In this document: one piece after another, positions 31,541 to 43,040 of the stretch
How the letters are laid out: the number at the start of each line of letters is the position of its first letter
Position numbering within the stretch: position 1 is the stretch's first letter
NCBI GenBank assembly: GCA_965197745.1
Contig: CBDANS010000007.1
Location: 512,001 to 576,000, forward strand
DNA: 64,000 bases
Source of the DNA: Opitutales bacterium
Lineage (GTDB): Bacteria > Verrucomicrobiota > Verrucomicrobiia > Opitutales > PNEW01
Direction of reading: 5' to 3'
Made by a program: the position numbers and the translations under genes
Notes under the pieces: generated by a model
The model's input: the letters and a program-made list of their open reading frames with translations, nothing else
The model's database searches: none
What the model was told of the DNA's origin: nothing

Positions 31541-32248
31541 TTATTTCATCTTGCCGGGGAAATTGCCATTGGAGCCAGGAATACCCGGTATTTCAAATTT
31601 CTTATATTCCGGCGGCGCTTTAAATAGTGAGTCGGGCAGTGCTTTTTCCTCGATAGATTCCGCAGTCATTTGAAAGTCCGGCACACCAGCAGAGGATATT
31701 TGGATTACTTTCAATGGAAATATTGCTTCTTCTGTCATCAAAGATTCCTATGCCTGTGCCGAGGATGAATTTTTGCTTCCTGTTTTATCGAAAGGGAAAA
31801 AAGACCCCAGCTCCGTGGTGGCCCAGATTTCAGCTCTGCTACCCTCATCATTTTCTACAATATATTGATCGCAGCTATAACCGAGGATTTCCATTGTTTT
31901 CCCTGTCTTTTTAACATTTGTGGCATCCTTTGAATTTACCTCATTTGAGGTTTCACCTTGAATACTGTCTAAGGAAACTTCCATGTACATTTGCATTTCT
32001 TTAATCAACATTGTCGTCATATTATTCTCCAGATCAATAATCGCGACTGCTGTTCCCATAGAACCGCCTGCTATTTCAGTACGAATTAATTTATCCTTGA
32101 GCATGTAAGTCAATTGCATGACTGAAATCCCATCGTTCATATTAAAAACTACTTTACCTTCGAAAGCATAAACAGATGAAGTCGTTAAAAATAACAAACT
32201 GAAGGAAAGGTACTGAATTAATCTGACCCTATTTTTATGAAACATCAT
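31541..32248 (-). pseudogene. DUF4412-like secreted protein interrupted by one in-frame TAG
   Basis: ORFs 31748..32248 and 31541..31741 share a frame: SAQA*ESLMTEEAIFPLK; KTGKTMEILGYSC, EIWAT, LPDSLFKAPPEY. Confidence 0.7.
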
Positions 32249-32325
32249 TTATCGACTGTATCTAAATTATATCGTAAGACAACTTTTAAACCTGATACTA
32301 CTTACCTGCTGAAAATTTTATGCGT

Positions 32326-32362
32326 AAAAAAACCCGGTCTTATATTTAAGATCGGGTTTTTT
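32326..32362 (-). terminator. Intrinsic terminator (potentially bidirectional)
   Basis: AAAAAAACCCGGTCTTA-TATT-TAAGATCGGGTTTTTT. Confidence 0.8.
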
Positions 32363-32385
32363 ATTAAAGAAAATGTGAATTATCT

Positions 32386-32826
32386 TTAGCTTAGCACTGC
32401 CTGGTGGAAACAATACCAGTCATCAAGATTATTCAAATTAACGGCATCTTTTATACTTCCGTCATCTTCAATGCCGGAATCACTGCAGATTGATGCGCGT
32501 GTATCATCATCATGGATGTAACCGGTTATCGCATCATTTAACTCTTTAACCGCGTTGGCATCAAGCGAGCCGCCTTTTTTATCAAGGATCCACTTTTCAA
32601 GTTGGCAATAAGTTGGTTTGCTATCTTTGATATAAGCGAGGAATTCATCCTTATCGAGGCCTAAGGCGTTAAGGACCATAGAATCATACCCGCCTCCAAC
32701 AGCTGGATAATCATCAGCTAACTGCCCAGTCGCATCGAGGGATGTTTTCAGCCACAAACGCGGCAGGTGTAGGACACCGAGCGGACCGGCTTCTCCGGAA
32801 CTGATTAAGGGGACAATTTTCGACAT
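32386..32826 (-). CDS. DUF5069 domain protein
   Basis: MSKIVPLISSGEAGPLGVLHLPRLWLK...LNNLDDW; start taken at ATG 32826. Confidence 0.7.
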   Translation of the reverse strand: MSKIVPLISSGEAGPLGVLHLPRLWLKTSLDATGQLADDYPAVGGGYDSMVLNALGLDKDEFLAYIKDSKPTYCQLEKWILDKKGGSLDANAVKELNDAITGYIHDDDTRASICSDSGIEDDGSIKDAVNLNNLDDWYCFHQAVLS

Positions 32827-32993
32827 TTTTATCTTCTTTGATTTTAGGTTTTTACTTAATTTAGAAAAAGGATTTCGAATCCAATGTATTCCCCCTTTCA
32901 AGTCAATAGCATATTGATATCGAGAGGGTAAAAATAATTCAGGAAATAAAATGAGAGCGATAATTTCAATCGGGACCTGATGTTTTTCTAAAA

Positions 32994-35003
32994 TTACAAT
33001 TTCGCAGTCAGCGTGGTGAGATCGTTTTCGGGCTCCAGGCAGTGAGTGCCGACGCAAAGTTGATAACCTTCGGGCTGGGCGGGATCATCGGAAATCAAGA
33101 GAAATACGCGCCGCCAGGGTTTATGAGCGAGCTTGTCCTGGAGAGCATCAAGATTTGGAATGTTTTTAATTTTGATTACGGCGGTGCCGACCGCGTCACC
33201 GGTTAACCCCGCGAGGGCGTGAGGAATACCGTTGGGTATACGGTCAACATAGGAGGAGTAAGCCCTGCGCAGGGCGTCAAGGTTATCAGCGTATTTTTTA
33301 TCACCGGTGAGCAGATAAAGACCGGACATGACATGAATAAGAGAAGAGTTGCCCGCAGGGATGGCGTTATCCCACCACTCCATTTTACGACTGATGAGTT
33401 TTTCGTGGTCATTGCTGGTAAAATAAAAACCGAACGGGTCTGAGGAGCTACGAAAGTGTTCACAAACGGCATCGACAATGGCAACAGCACGTTGAATGTA
33501 TACCTTAGAAAAGCCGGGTTTTAGCCAATCAATTTTTGCCGCGATACTTAAAAGAGCTTCCGCATAAAAAGCGTAGTCATCGAGGTAAGCATTAACTCCC
33601 TGGCCGGAATCTTCATAATAGAGGGCATAAAGTCGATTATCATCGAAACGCTGTGTTTCCCATATCCAATCAGCGGAGCGTATTGCATCTTCGAGCCATT
33701 CTTTACGGTTAAAGGCGAAGGAAGCTTCAACCAGTCCTCGAATGAGAAGGCTGTTCCACGCGACTAGCTGTTTGGTGTCTTTCCCCGGTGGCACCCGTTT
33801 AAGACGTCTCTCCAGCAGTTTCTGCCGGAAAGGTTGTAATGCCTGGCGTTTATCAAAGTCAGCTATGGCCAATGCGGGATTGGATGTTCCCTCCTCAAAA
33901 TTGCCATTTTCAGAGAGGCCGTAGGTTTCACAGAAAAGTTTTCCGTCTTTAGAGCCAAGAACCGCTTCAACCTCGTCTGGAGTCCAAACATAAAACTTCC
34001 CTTCTTTTCCTTCACTATCGGCATCAAGAGAGGAATAATAACCCCCGTTAGGAGCGAGCATTTCGCGCTTTAACCATTCGATCGTTTCCTCAACTACAGC
34101 TCCGAATAATGGCTGGCGGTATCGCATCCAACCCTTAGTGAAAATGTCGAGAAGGAGAGCATTATCATAGAGCATTTTTTCAAAGTGGGGGATGAGCCAG
34201 TGCTTATCGACACTATATCGGGAGAACCCACCACCGATCTGGTCAAAGATGCCGCCGCGTGCCATTGCATTAAGAGTATGCGTGACCACTTCATCAATCC
34301 GTCGAGCGAGACTGGGGCGTTGTTCCTCACATGTTGAGCTTTGTCTAATCTCAAGAAGAAAGTTAAGCGCCATGGAGGGAGGGAATTTTGGAGCCTGTCC
34401 AAACCCGCCCCATTCGTCATCGTGGCTATTGCAGATTATTTCTGCAGCCGTAAGGAGCTGTAGATTGTCCAACTGGTGGTCTGAATCACCTGCGGGACGA
34501 TTGCTTAAAGCCAGGTTTTTTACAATATTTTCTGCGTTTTCTTCCAGCTCAGTTTTCTTGTGTTTATAAAAGTCGGCTATCCGCATAATAAGTTGAGGCC
34601 ATGGAACCATATTTTGACCCCGGTCTTCAGGTGGGAAATAGGTTCCGCCAAAGAAAGGACGCCCGTCAGGGAAACAAAAAATATTTAAAGGCCATCCACC
34701 GTGGTTGGTGATCATCTGTACCGCTTCCATGTAGATCTGGTCGACATCCGGGCGTTCCTCACGGTCAACTTTAATGCAGATAAAGTGCTCATTCATAAGT
34801 TTTGCAATGTAGTCATTTTCGAATGATTCATGAGCCATGACGTGACACCAGTGACATGAACTGTATCCGATACTCACAAGGAGTGGTTTATCTTCAGCTT
34901 CAGCCTTATCCATCGCTTCCTTTCCCCAGGGGTGCCAGTCCACGGGGTTTTCAGCATGCTGGCGTAAATATAGACTTTTTTCCTGAGCGAGGCGGTTAGC
35001 CAT
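32994..35003 (-). CDS. yyaL: Thioredoxin domain-containing protein YyaL/SSP411
   Basis: [35 protein letters not shown]. Confidence 0.92.
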   Translation of the reverse strand: MANRLAQEKSLYLRQHAENPVDWHPWGKEAMDKAEAEDKPLLVSIGYSSCHWCHVMAHESFENDYIAKLMNEHFICIKVDREERPDVDQIYMEAVQMITNHGGWPLNIFCFPDGRPFFGGTYFPPEDRGQNMVPWPQLIMRIADFYKHKKTELEENAENIVKNLALSNRPAGDSDHQLDNLQLLTAAEIICNSHDDEWGGFGQAPKFPPSMALNFLLEIRQSSTCEEQRPSLARRIDEVVTHTLNAMARGGIFDQIGGGFSRYSVDKHWLIPHFEKMLYDNALLLDIFTKGWMRYRQPLFGAVVEETIEWLKREMLAPNGGYYSSLDADSEGKEGKFYVWTPDEVEAVLGSKDGKLFCETYGLSENGNFEEGTSNPALAIADFDKRQALQPFRQKLLERRLKRVPPGKDTKQLVAWNSLLIRGLVEASFAFNRKEWLEDAIRSADWIWETQRFDDNRLYALYYEDSGQGVNAYLDDYAFYAEALLSIAAKIDWLKPGFSKVYIQRAVAIVDAVCEHFRSSSDPFGFYFTSNDHEKLISRKMEWWDNAIPAGNSSLIHVMSGLYLLTGDKKYADNLDALRRAYSSYVDRIPNGIPHALAGLTGDAVGTAVIKIKNIPNLDALQDKLAHKPWRRVFLLISDDPAQPEGYQLCVGTHCLEPENDLTTLTAKL

Positions 35004-35126
35004 ATAAACAGTTAATTAAAGGTATCAAGTGCGGCATGGAGCTTCATGAATCGAAATATAAAATGCAAATGAATCCCCGATTTTTTTTGCCATCATTGTG
35101 AGATCAGTCCACTTTTGAAAAATAAA

Positions 35127-36830
35127 ATGCCGGCAATACGAATATTAACCGATCGCGTTGCTAATCAAATAGCCGCAGGAGAGGTAATTGAGCGGCCGGT
35201 AGCGGTAGTCAAAGAACTGGTCGAAAATAGCCTTGATTCCGGGGCCACGCGCATTGAGATCAATTTCCGAAATGGCGGTAAAAATTTTATCCGCGTAGAG
35301 GACAATGGACATGGAATGAGTCCTGATAATTCGATGCTCGCTCTGGAGCGGCATGGCACGAGTAAAATCAGTGAGGTGAGCGACCTCCTTAAAGTAAACA
35401 CTTTCGGATTTCGTGGAGAAGCATTGCCCTCGATGGCGAGTGTTTCACGGTTTACGATGCGGACACGCGACCAGGCCTGGGGATACGGAACGGAAATTCT
35501 ATTCAATGGCGGTAAATTTATCCAACAAAAGGAAATTGGAATGCCGGCAGGTACTACGGTCGAGGTGGCAAACCTCTTTAATTCAGTGCCGGCAAGACGT
35601 AAATTTCTTAAGACCGATAACACGGAAGCGGCACATATTATTCGGCTCTCGCGCCTCTATGCCGTGGCTAACCCTGGCACTTCATTCACCCTTATGGAAA
35701 ATGGACGGGTAATTTTCCGATCGCCGGTGAGCCCGAACCTCAGTGAACGCGTTCGTGAAATATTCGGTAAACAGGTAGCTGATCTACTCATGGAAATCAA
35801 CGCTGAGGAAAACGATTTACAATTGACGGGCTTAATTGGAAAGCCGGGTGCAGGTCGATCAACACGTCAGGATATGATAGCCTATGTCAACCAGCGCCCG
35901 GTAGACAGTCGCACTCTATATTATGCTCTCATCGAAGCCTATCATACCTATCTTCCCAAGGGCCGCTATCCCCTGGCCTTTATTTTTCTCAAAATGAATC
36001 CTCAGGGGGTTGATGTGAATGTTCACCCAGCTAAACGTGAAGTACGGTTTCATGAAGAGGGACGTGTCAGACAGTTTTTAATGAGAGCCCTTTTAGATAG
36101 ACTGCGAGAAACTTCGAGGAGTGAATTTTCTTCTCCCACCAATGCTGATGTTGTCGATATCAAGCCCGTGCTTTCACCTCCTGTAACTTCTCGAATGGAA
36201 ACGATCCTCAAGCCAACGATACACGAGACTACGCCTTCAAAGGAGAAGCGTCAGCAGTTGAGGTGGAAATACATCGGGCTTGTCCATGATATATTTGCAA
36301 TATTTGAAACGGAAACGGGTCTGATCCTGCTCAATACACGCGGAGCGAGAGAGCGTATCGTTTTTGAAAGTATTCAGGCGCGATTGGCTTCAAATGAATT
36401 AATGAGCCAAAAATTACTTTTTCCGTTACCCCTCGAGCTCGATCCTGTTTTATCGACTACTCTTGGAAATCATCTCGATTTTTTCGGCGATAATGGTTTT
36501 ACGATAGAACTTTTCGGTCGCAATTTCTACCGTGTTGAAGCATTGCCGGATTGGCTGGATCCCGGTCTGGGGGAAGATTTTATACGCGACCTTATAACAC
36601 GCATTCATGAGCGCGGATTGAGACCGGACAAACCGGACCTTGCCCACGAGGAAATAGCGCGATTGGCTTCGGTTCAGGCCAGTCGCAAGAGTCCCGATCA
36701 ATCGGAAAGTGAGATGAATCGAATCGCACAAAAGCTGGCTGCCTGTAAAAATCCACTCAATGACCCCCGCGGTCGCCCGACCTACATTGAAATATCACGC
36801 ACTGATCTGGATAAAAAATTTTTCAGGTAA
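35127..36830 (+). CDS. mutL: DNA mismatch repair protein MutL
   Basis: QIAAGEVIERP, KELVENSLD, GFRGEAL, VDVNVHPAKREV; start is ATG 35127 or TTG 35115. Confidence 0.95.
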   Translation: MPAIRILTDRVANQIAAGEVIERPVAVVKELVENSLDSGATRIEINFRNGGKNFIRVEDNGHGMSPDNSMLALERHGTSKISEVSDLLKVNTFGFRGEALPSMASVSRFTMRTRDQAWGYGTEILFNGGKFIQQKEIGMPAGTTVEVANLFNSVPARRKFLKTDNTEAAHIIRLSRLYAVANPGTSFTLMENGRVIFRSPVSPNLSERVREIFGKQVADLLMEINAEENDLQLTGLIGKPGAGRSTRQDMIAYVNQRPVDSRTLYYALIEAYHTYLPKGRYPLAFIFLKMNPQGVDVNVHPAKREVRFHEEGRVRQFLMRALLDRLRETSRSEFSSPTNADVVDIKPVLSPPVTSRMETILKPTIHETTPSKEKRQQLRWKYIGLVHDIFAIFETETGLILLNTRGARERIVFESIQARLASNELMSQKLLFPLPLELDPVLSTTLGNHLDFFGDNGFTIELFGRNFYRVEALPDWLDPGLGEDFIRDLITRIHERGLRPDKPDLAHEEIARLASVQASRKSPDQSESEMNRIAQKLAACKNPLNDPRGRPTYIEISRTDLDKKFFR

Positions 36831-36959
36831 ACTTATTACTTTATTTCGGGTCTCATATATTAGTGATATTAGCGCTTCACAGTGAAGGGCATAATGGTTT
36901 TAATAGAGTTAAATAATGAGGCAGTATTATTGCTGAAATAGTTTGAATGCATTGCTCCA

Positions 36960-39512
36960 ATGGCGATGAACAAGTCCACATCCACCGCGAAAAAGGGTAA
37001 AACCGATCCCCTGAAAGAGGGGGAAGTTCTCGATTTTACGAAAACAAAGCATCCTTTCAATTTTAACATTGAAAGCAATGTGCGAGGGTTCAAAACCTCC
37101 ATTCTTAATCACCTGCGTTATACGCTGGCGCACGACACAAAAATTGCCTCTAAACGCGATTGGTGGATATGCACCTGTATGGCGGTTCGCGACCGTATTA
37201 TGGAGCGCTATATCAAAACGCAGGGCGCGCATAATCGGTCCAATGTAAAACGAACATATTTTCTGTCTTTTGAATATTTAATGGGGCGTCTTCTCTCCAA
37301 CAATCTTTTTAACACGAATCTCTACGAAACGGCAATACGGGCCCTGAGTGAAATCGGATTAGACCTTGATGACTTGCTCGATGAAGAACCGGATATGGGT
37401 CTGGGGAATGGGGGACTTGGCCGCCTCGCTGCCTGTTTTCTTGATTCACTGGCTACCTTGGATTATCCTTCCATTGGATATGGAATCTATTACGAGTTTG
37501 GGCTCTTTCAGCAAGAACTGGTAGCCGGGCGTCAGGTTGAGCATCCCGATAGTTGGTCACAATATGAGAATCCCTGGCAAATAGTGCGCCCTGAGTATTC
37601 ACAGGAGGTCCATCATTATGGAAAAATCGAAAATCAATTCGATGATTTCGGTAACAGTAAGCCGGTTTGGGTGAATACCCAGACGATTATTGGTATTCCC
37701 TGGGATATTCCGATCTGCGGCTATGGGTCCAGTACCGTAAACTTCCTCCGTCTCTGGGAATCGCGCGCATCGAAAGAATTCGATCTCGGTGTATTCAATG
37801 AGGGGGGGTACGTTGAAGCGGTTCGAGAGAAAGCTTTGGGTGAGACTATCTCCAAAGTTCTCTATCCCAATGATGAACGGGAGAGTGGCAAAGAACTTCG
37901 CCTGGTCCAACAACATTTTTTTGTATCCTGTTCATTGCAGGACATTATCCGACGCTATCTTAAAAAAAATGAAGGGTGGGATAATTTTACGAAAAAAGTC
38001 TCGATTCACCTTAATGACACACATCCCGCTGTCGCCGTTTTGGAACTGATGCGCATATTTATCGACGAAAAACAGTTGGAATGGGATTCTGCCTGGAATA
38101 TTTGCCGTCAGGTTTTCGCTTACACAAACCATACCTTATTACCTGAAGCGCTGGAAAAATGGAGTGTACCGCTCTTCGAAAAAGTTCTGCCAAGACATTT
38201 GCAGATAATTTATGAAATAAACCGACACTTTCTTGAAGATGAAGTTGAAAAGTGCTGGCCTGGCAACAGGGAGATAAAACGAGAAATGTCTCTTATTGAA
38301 GAGGGAAAGCCAAAATTGATTCGCATGGCATACCTGTCCGTTATTTCGAGTCATTCTGTCAATGGGGTAGCGGCTCTTCACACGGATCTGCTCAAGAGCC
38401 ATCTTTTCCCATTGTTCAATGAACTTTACCCAGATAAGTTTAACAACAAAACGAATGGCATTACACCTCGGCGTTGGCTGAAAGTATGTAACCCGCGACT
38501 TACCCGTCTTGTCAATAAAAGTATCGGTGAGGACTGGATCACCAATCTCGATCAATTACGCAAGCTTGAGGAATATGCAGAAAATCGTGATTTTCAGGAT
38601 GAATTCCGGGCGATCAAGCATGCTAACAAGGTTGATCTGGCTGAAGTAATATCAGATCAATGTGGACTTGATGTCGATCCTGACGCGATTTTTGACGTTC
38701 AAGTTAAACGCTTGCATGAATATAAGAGACAACATCTAAATTTACTGCACATTCTGGCCCTTTATCGACGTATCCTACATGACCCGGATTACGACATGCA
38801 TCCCCGCGTTTTCATTTTCGCGGCAAAGGCAGCACCTGGTTACACCTTGGCAAAAATAATTATTCACGCGATTAACGCCGTGGGGGAAAAGATTAATCAG
38901 GACACCCGTGTTAAGGGAAAAATAAAAGTAATATTTTTACCTAACTATGGAGTGACACTGGCGGAAAAAATTATACCCGCGGCCGATGTTTCAGAACAGA
39001 TATCACTTGCCGGTAAAGAGGCATCGGGCACGGGAAATATGAAACTTGCGTTAAATGGTGCGGTCACAATAGGAACCCTCGACGGGGCAAACGTTGAAAT
39101 CAGAAAAGAAGTAGGTGAGGATAATTTTTTTGTCTTTGGAATGAAGGTAGAAGAAGTAGAAGCATTGCGTGAAAGCGGCTACAACCCGTATGACATTTAT
39201 TTTGCCAATGACGAATTGCGAAATGTCGTCGATTGGATAGGTTCCAGTCATTTTACCCCGGAAGATCCCTATGCGCTTGTCCCGCTACGCCGCAGCCTGC
39301 TCGAAGAAGGCGATCCATTTTTTGTTCTCGCGGACTTCGAAAGTTATTGTAAGACACAAGCATATATCGATGAGGCTTATCGCGACCGACAGCGCTGGAT
39401 ACGAATGGCTATTCTAAATTGCGCGCGGGTAGGAATATTTTCCACTGACCGCACCATTCGCCAGTACGCTGAAGAAATCTGGAATCTTGATTCTCTGTCC
39501 ATTGATTCCTGA
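36960..39512 (+). CDS. glgP: Glycogen/alpha-glucan phosphorylase
   Basis: [30 protein letters not shown] (PLP lysine). Confidence 0.96.
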   Translation: MAMNKSTSTAKKGKTDPLKEGEVLDFTKTKHPFNFNIESNVRGFKTSILNHLRYTLAHDTKIASKRDWWICTCMAVRDRIMERYIKTQGAHNRSNVKRTYFLSFEYLMGRLLSNNLFNTNLYETAIRALSEIGLDLDDLLDEEPDMGLGNGGLGRLAACFLDSLATLDYPSIGYGIYYEFGLFQQELVAGRQVEHPDSWSQYENPWQIVRPEYSQEVHHYGKIENQFDDFGNSKPVWVNTQTIIGIPWDIPICGYGSSTVNFLRLWESRASKEFDLGVFNEGGYVEAVREKALGETISKVLYPNDERESGKELRLVQQHFFVSCSLQDIIRRYLKKNEGWDNFTKKVSIHLNDTHPAVAVLELMRIFIDEKQLEWDSAWNICRQVFAYTNHTLLPEALEKWSVPLFEKVLPRHLQIIYEINRHFLEDEVEKCWPGNREIKREMSLIEEGKPKLIRMAYLSVISSHSVNGVAALHTDLLKSHLFPLFNELYPDKFNNKTNGITPRRWLKVCNPRLTRLVNKSIGEDWITNLDQLRKLEEYAENRDFQDEFRAIKHANKVDLAEVISDQCGLDVDPDAIFDVQVKRLHEYKRQHLNLLHILALYRRILHDPDYDMHPRVFIFAAKAAPGYTLAKIIIHAINAVGEKINQDTRVKGKIKVIFLPNYGVTLAEKIIPAADVSEQISLAGKEASGTGNMKLALNGAVTIGTLDGANVEIRKEVGEDNFFVFGMKVEEVEALRESGYNPYDIYFANDELRNVVDWIGSSHFTPEDPYALVPLRRSLLEEGDPFFVLADFESYCKTQAYIDEAYRDRQRWIRMAILNCARVGIFSTDRTIRQYAEEIWNLDSLSIDS

Positions 39513-40360
39513 TGCTATTAAAATATATATTTAGTTTAATTAATAAATCAGCCTGCCTTTCCGCGGTAACAATATTTATCCTTGGCGGCTCACTCCTCAG
39601 GGCTGAAAACTCATCGATGCCATTTATTACCGGAGAAAAGTTGACCTACCAATTGAACTGGAACTCATTTCCCGTAGGTAAAGCGGTCCTGGAGGTTAGG
39701 GGACCTGTTATGGTCAATGATACCCCCTGCTATCAGTTTTCGTTTACGGTTAAATCAAATAAATTTGCGGACGCATTTTATAAAGTTCGTGATCAAATAG
39801 ACGGGTTCGTCGACCTTCAGATAAATCGTTCCGTGCTCTATACGAAAAAGCAAAAAGAGGGGAGACATGAACGCGATATCGTTGTTAACTTTGATTGGGA
39901 AACTAAAAAAGCAAGTTATTCAAACTTCGGCCAGGTTCAAGATCCGGTCTCCTTGCCGGATGCGGCTTATGATCCTCTTTCGATGTTATATGCGACGCGC
40001 CTTTTACCCCTTGAAGTTGGTAAACAAATTACCTTACCGGTAACCGATGGCAAAAGATACCTCGAATCTAAAATCAAAGTATTAAGAAAAGAAGAGGTGA
40101 AAACCGCGCTGGGTAATTTTAAAACACTCCTTCTACAACCGGGACTGGAGGGGTTAAGAGGTGTTTTTAAAAAGAGTAAGAATGCCAAAATACATATATG
40201 GATGTCTGAGGATCAACGCAGGATTCCGGTAAAGATCAAAAGTAAAGTAAAGATAGGAACTTTTCGAGCAGTCCTGGTTTCTTTAGAAAGCGAAGAAAAT
40301 TCAGGTAAAGTAGCGTTTAAAGATACCGCTAAAATTACAAATAGTCGGAGAGAAGGTTAA
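39512..40360 (+). CDS. DUF3108 domain exported protein
   Basis: GEKLTYQLNW, YDPLSMLY, IWMSEDQRRIPVKI. Confidence 0.75.
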   Translation: MLLKYIFSLINKSACLSAVTIFILGGSLLRAENSSMPFITGEKLTYQLNWNSFPVGKAVLEVRGPVMVNDTPCYQFSFTVKSNKFADAFYKVRDQIDGFVDLQINRSVLYTKKQKEGRHERDIVVNFDWETKKASYSNFGQVQDPVSLPDAAYDPLSMLYATRLLPLEVGKQITLPVTDGKRYLESKIKVLRKEEVKTALGNFKTLLLQPGLEGLRGVFKKSKNAKIHIWMSEDQRRIPVKIKSKVKIGTFRAVLVSLESEENSGKVAFKDTAKITNSRREG

Positions 40361-40379
40361 GACCCGTCCCAAACGATTA

Positions 40380-41756
40380 CTATTTATGTGCCTTAACTGC
40401 GATTTCAACAATATTATCCCGGTTAAATTCAAGGCTTGTGACTTTTCCTTTCCGCTCTTTTTTAAAAGTGATAGTGGCATTGAGGCCATCAAAAGAAAAA
40501 ATGTCATCGCTGATCGCATGAATACGGTGTCTTGATTGGCTGATGAACTGGCCGTATAGTCTATCTCCTTGAGATGTGATTACAAGTGATTGATCATTTT
40601 TAAAATTGTAAACACCAATATAATTTTTAATTTGTTTTAGGGTTATTTCTACGATCTCAGGGTAGTGACGCAGAGAGAAATTATTGGGATCGAGAATATA
40701 TAGGCCTATATCATCAAGGCTGTTTGCAGAATTTGACAGTAGAACAACGCCTTTTTTATCTGTTTTCTTAAAACCGATAAAACAGCTGTAACCCGCGGTC
40801 ATGGCGCTATGCCAATGAATCGCTTTATTATCTTCATCCATGCTGAGATTCCACCCAAGACTGATTTTATGATTGGGTATTCGGGTGTCGACCAGGGGGC
40901 GATGGGTATCGGTCATCACTGAATAGAGCGAGCTGTCGTTAAGTCCAAATTGCGCCTTGATAAATGCGGCCAGATCTTTGGCTGTAGAGTGGAGAGCCCC
41001 CGCTCCCGGAATGGCCGGAAGTTCCCATCCTGGCATTTGATCGACGCCATCGTGACCACGGGCAAGATGATAACGCTGTGTTTCAGATAGCTTAACTGAA
41101 GTAGCATCCATACCTAATTTATTAAGAATACGCTTCTTTAGAATATTCTCGAAAGAGTCTTTGCTTTTTAGACTGAGGATGTGACCGAGCAGACCTACGC
41201 CGAAGTATGAATATTCATAAGTGTTGCCCGGCGCAGTCTCCAGTTGATAGTTGTTGAGAAAGGTGTAGAATTGATCAATGGTATACCCGGCAAAAGGATT
41301 TCGCAGGTCGACAACCTCTAAATTATCCGGTTGTGGGGGAAGTCCTGACACATAAGTTGCCAGATGAAGAAGCGAGATTTTATGACCATTCTTTGCGGGT
41401 GAAACTATGTCCGTCGGCAGATATTTATCGATGGGGTCATTGAGAGCAATTTCTTCTTTCTCCACCATATCAGAGAGAAGGAGGCTGGTGAAAACATTAG
41501 TGACCGATCCAATTTCAAAAACGGTATTTTCATTTACGGGGCGCTCATCTCCCTCCCTGTAGATGCCCGCTTTATAGTAGCGAATCCCTTCCGAGGAGAC
41601 CACAGCGACGACGATCCCCTGGTTAATTTGCCTGTTTATTCTAGTTAACAGGGTTTGCTCGATATTACCGGGCGGTATAGCAGAAAAAGAGAAAAGGGGC
41701 AGGTTGAATCCTGTCACCAAGCTAAGAATCGCGATCGAGATAATTGCTCGTCTCAT
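40380..41756 (-). CDS. Beta-lactamase class C-like serine hydrolase homologue with C-terminal DUF3471-like domain; catalytic motifs altered
   Basis: FEIGSVTN, LATYVSGLP, YEYSY, GAGALHST, GVVLLSN. Confidence 0.85.
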   Translation of the reverse strand: MRRAIISIAILSLVTGFNLPLFSFSAIPPGNIEQTLLTRINRQINQGIVVAVVSSEGIRYYKAGIYREGDERPVNENTVFEIGSVTNVFTSLLLSDMVEKEEIALNDPIDKYLPTDIVSPAKNGHKISLLHLATYVSGLPPQPDNLEVVDLRNPFAGYTIDQFYTFLNNYQLETAPGNTYEYSYFGVGLLGHILSLKSKDSFENILKKRILNKLGMDATSVKLSETQRYHLARGHDGVDQMPGWELPAIPGAGALHSTAKDLAAFIKAQFGLNDSSLYSVMTDTHRPLVDTRIPNHKISLGWNLSMDEDNKAIHWHSAMTAGYSCFIGFKKTDKKGVVLLSNSANSLDDIGLYILDPNNFSLRHYPEIVEITLKQIKNYIGVYNFKNDQSLVITSQGDRLYGQFISQSRHRIHAISDDIFSFDGLNATITFKKERKGKVTSLEFNRDNIVEIAVKAHK

Positions 41757-41840
41757 TTTACATATTCCAAATATAAAACAGGGTAAATAAAATCTTGTTC
41801 CGCAGAATATTATTTTTTGGTTATTGGAGCAACGATTATA

Positions 41841-42797
41841 TCAAGGATTATATTTAAAAATATTATTTTCATACGGAAGACAGCTTTTAACATGATTACT
41901 AATATCGGTTATTTTTTTCATCACTTCCGAGGGGCAGGCACGATCGAGGGCATGGGCGTTTTCATTTACCTGTCGTCCGTTTCTTGCGCCAACAATTACC
42001 GAGGTGATATCAGACTGTTGGACCACCCATTGAAGAGCGAGGTGTTGCAGCGGGCTATTCATTTCAGCTGTAATTGTTTTTAACTTTTCCGTAGCTGCAA
42101 AGAGATGGGGCCAGACATCGGATTGGAAAAAAACGGTATTGGGTCTAAAATCACCCGTTTTAAATACAGGTCTAAACGGGAATTTTCCTGTAAGTATACC
42201 TTGAGCGATTGAACTGTAAGTAACAACCGCAATATCATTATTTACACAATAGGGAATAAGGCACTCTTCAGCTGCGCGCCAATAAAGGTTGTAGCAAAGC
42301 TGGTGGGCATCGATTTTACCGACTTCATTTAACTGTTTCATTTGTTCGAGAGAAAAGTTGCTTACCCCTATGGCGCCAATGGTGCCCTTTTCCCGCTCTT
42401 TTTCGAGTAGTTCCATGTGGGGTCGCATATCGACATCACTTCTTGGCCAGTGAAAGTAATAGAGATCAATATAATCAGTGCTCAAATTACTCAGACTTTT
42501 ATTTAGCGATTTGATTATTGATTCAGGTTTCCTCCCTGGATGACCCTTAGTTGCGAGGAATACCTGGTCCCATTTACCTTTTAGGAATTTTACGCAGAGG
42601 GTTTCGGAGTGACCGGAACCATATCCAAGGGCTGTGTCCCAGTGGGTAAGTCCCAATTCCCACGCTGTTTTCATGGCATCAATAGAATCTGCATCACTCT
42701 GCTCTCCCCAGTGATCGCCGCCAAAGACCCAACAGCCGAGGGCAATGATGTTGTGTTTATTTAAAGTTCTCGTCTTCGTCTGCCTCTTAGTCTTCAT
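41841..42797 (-). CDS. Aldo/keto reductase
   Basis: LGCW, DTALGYG.GHSE, LATK, DYIDLYYFHWP, IGVSNF. Confidence 0.9.
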   Translation of the reverse strand: MKTKRQTKTRTLNKHNIIALGCWVFGGDHWGEQSDADSIDAMKTAWELGLTHWDTALGYGSGHSETLCVKFLKGKWDQVFLATKGHPGRKPESIIKSLNKSLSNLSTDYIDLYYFHWPRSDVDMRPHMELLEKEREKGTIGAIGVSNFSLEQMKQLNEVGKIDAHQLCYNLYWRAAEECLIPYCVNNDIAVVTYSSIAQGILTGKFPFRPVFKTGDFRPNTVFFQSDVWPHLFAATEKLKTITAEMNSPLQHLALQWVVQQSDITSVIVGARNGRQVNENAHALDRACPSEVMKKITDISNHVKSCLPYENNIFKYNP

Positions 42798-42833
42798 CTC
42801 TGTTTTATTATTAATAATTCATATAATTTATAT

Positions 42834-43040
42834 GACGAAGACGAAGATTATTTACATAACTTAATGCTTTTTGATCTGATGATCTACAGGGGATGATGAT
42901 CTGAAGAAATTTATATATTTATTTAAAGTCCTCGTTTTCAACTCATTATTTTTATTAATTCGTAAAATTAAAATGACGAAGACGAAAAGGCAGACGAAGA
43001 GGAAGATTATTTACATAATTTAATGCTTTTTGATCTGATG
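42834..43040. repeat. 48-bp direct repeat pair (42834-42881, 42993-43040) within GACGAA hexamer hairpin elements
   Basis: GACGAAGAsGAAGATTATTTACATAAyTTAATGCTTTTTGATCTGATG, two mismatches. Confidence 0.85.

Noticed and set aside
31748..31750. Pyrrolysine or genome-wide TAG recoding
   Set aside because: TAG ends intact genes here (the TauD-family gene, sdhB); no pyl genes seen; a TGG-to-TAG change is simpler
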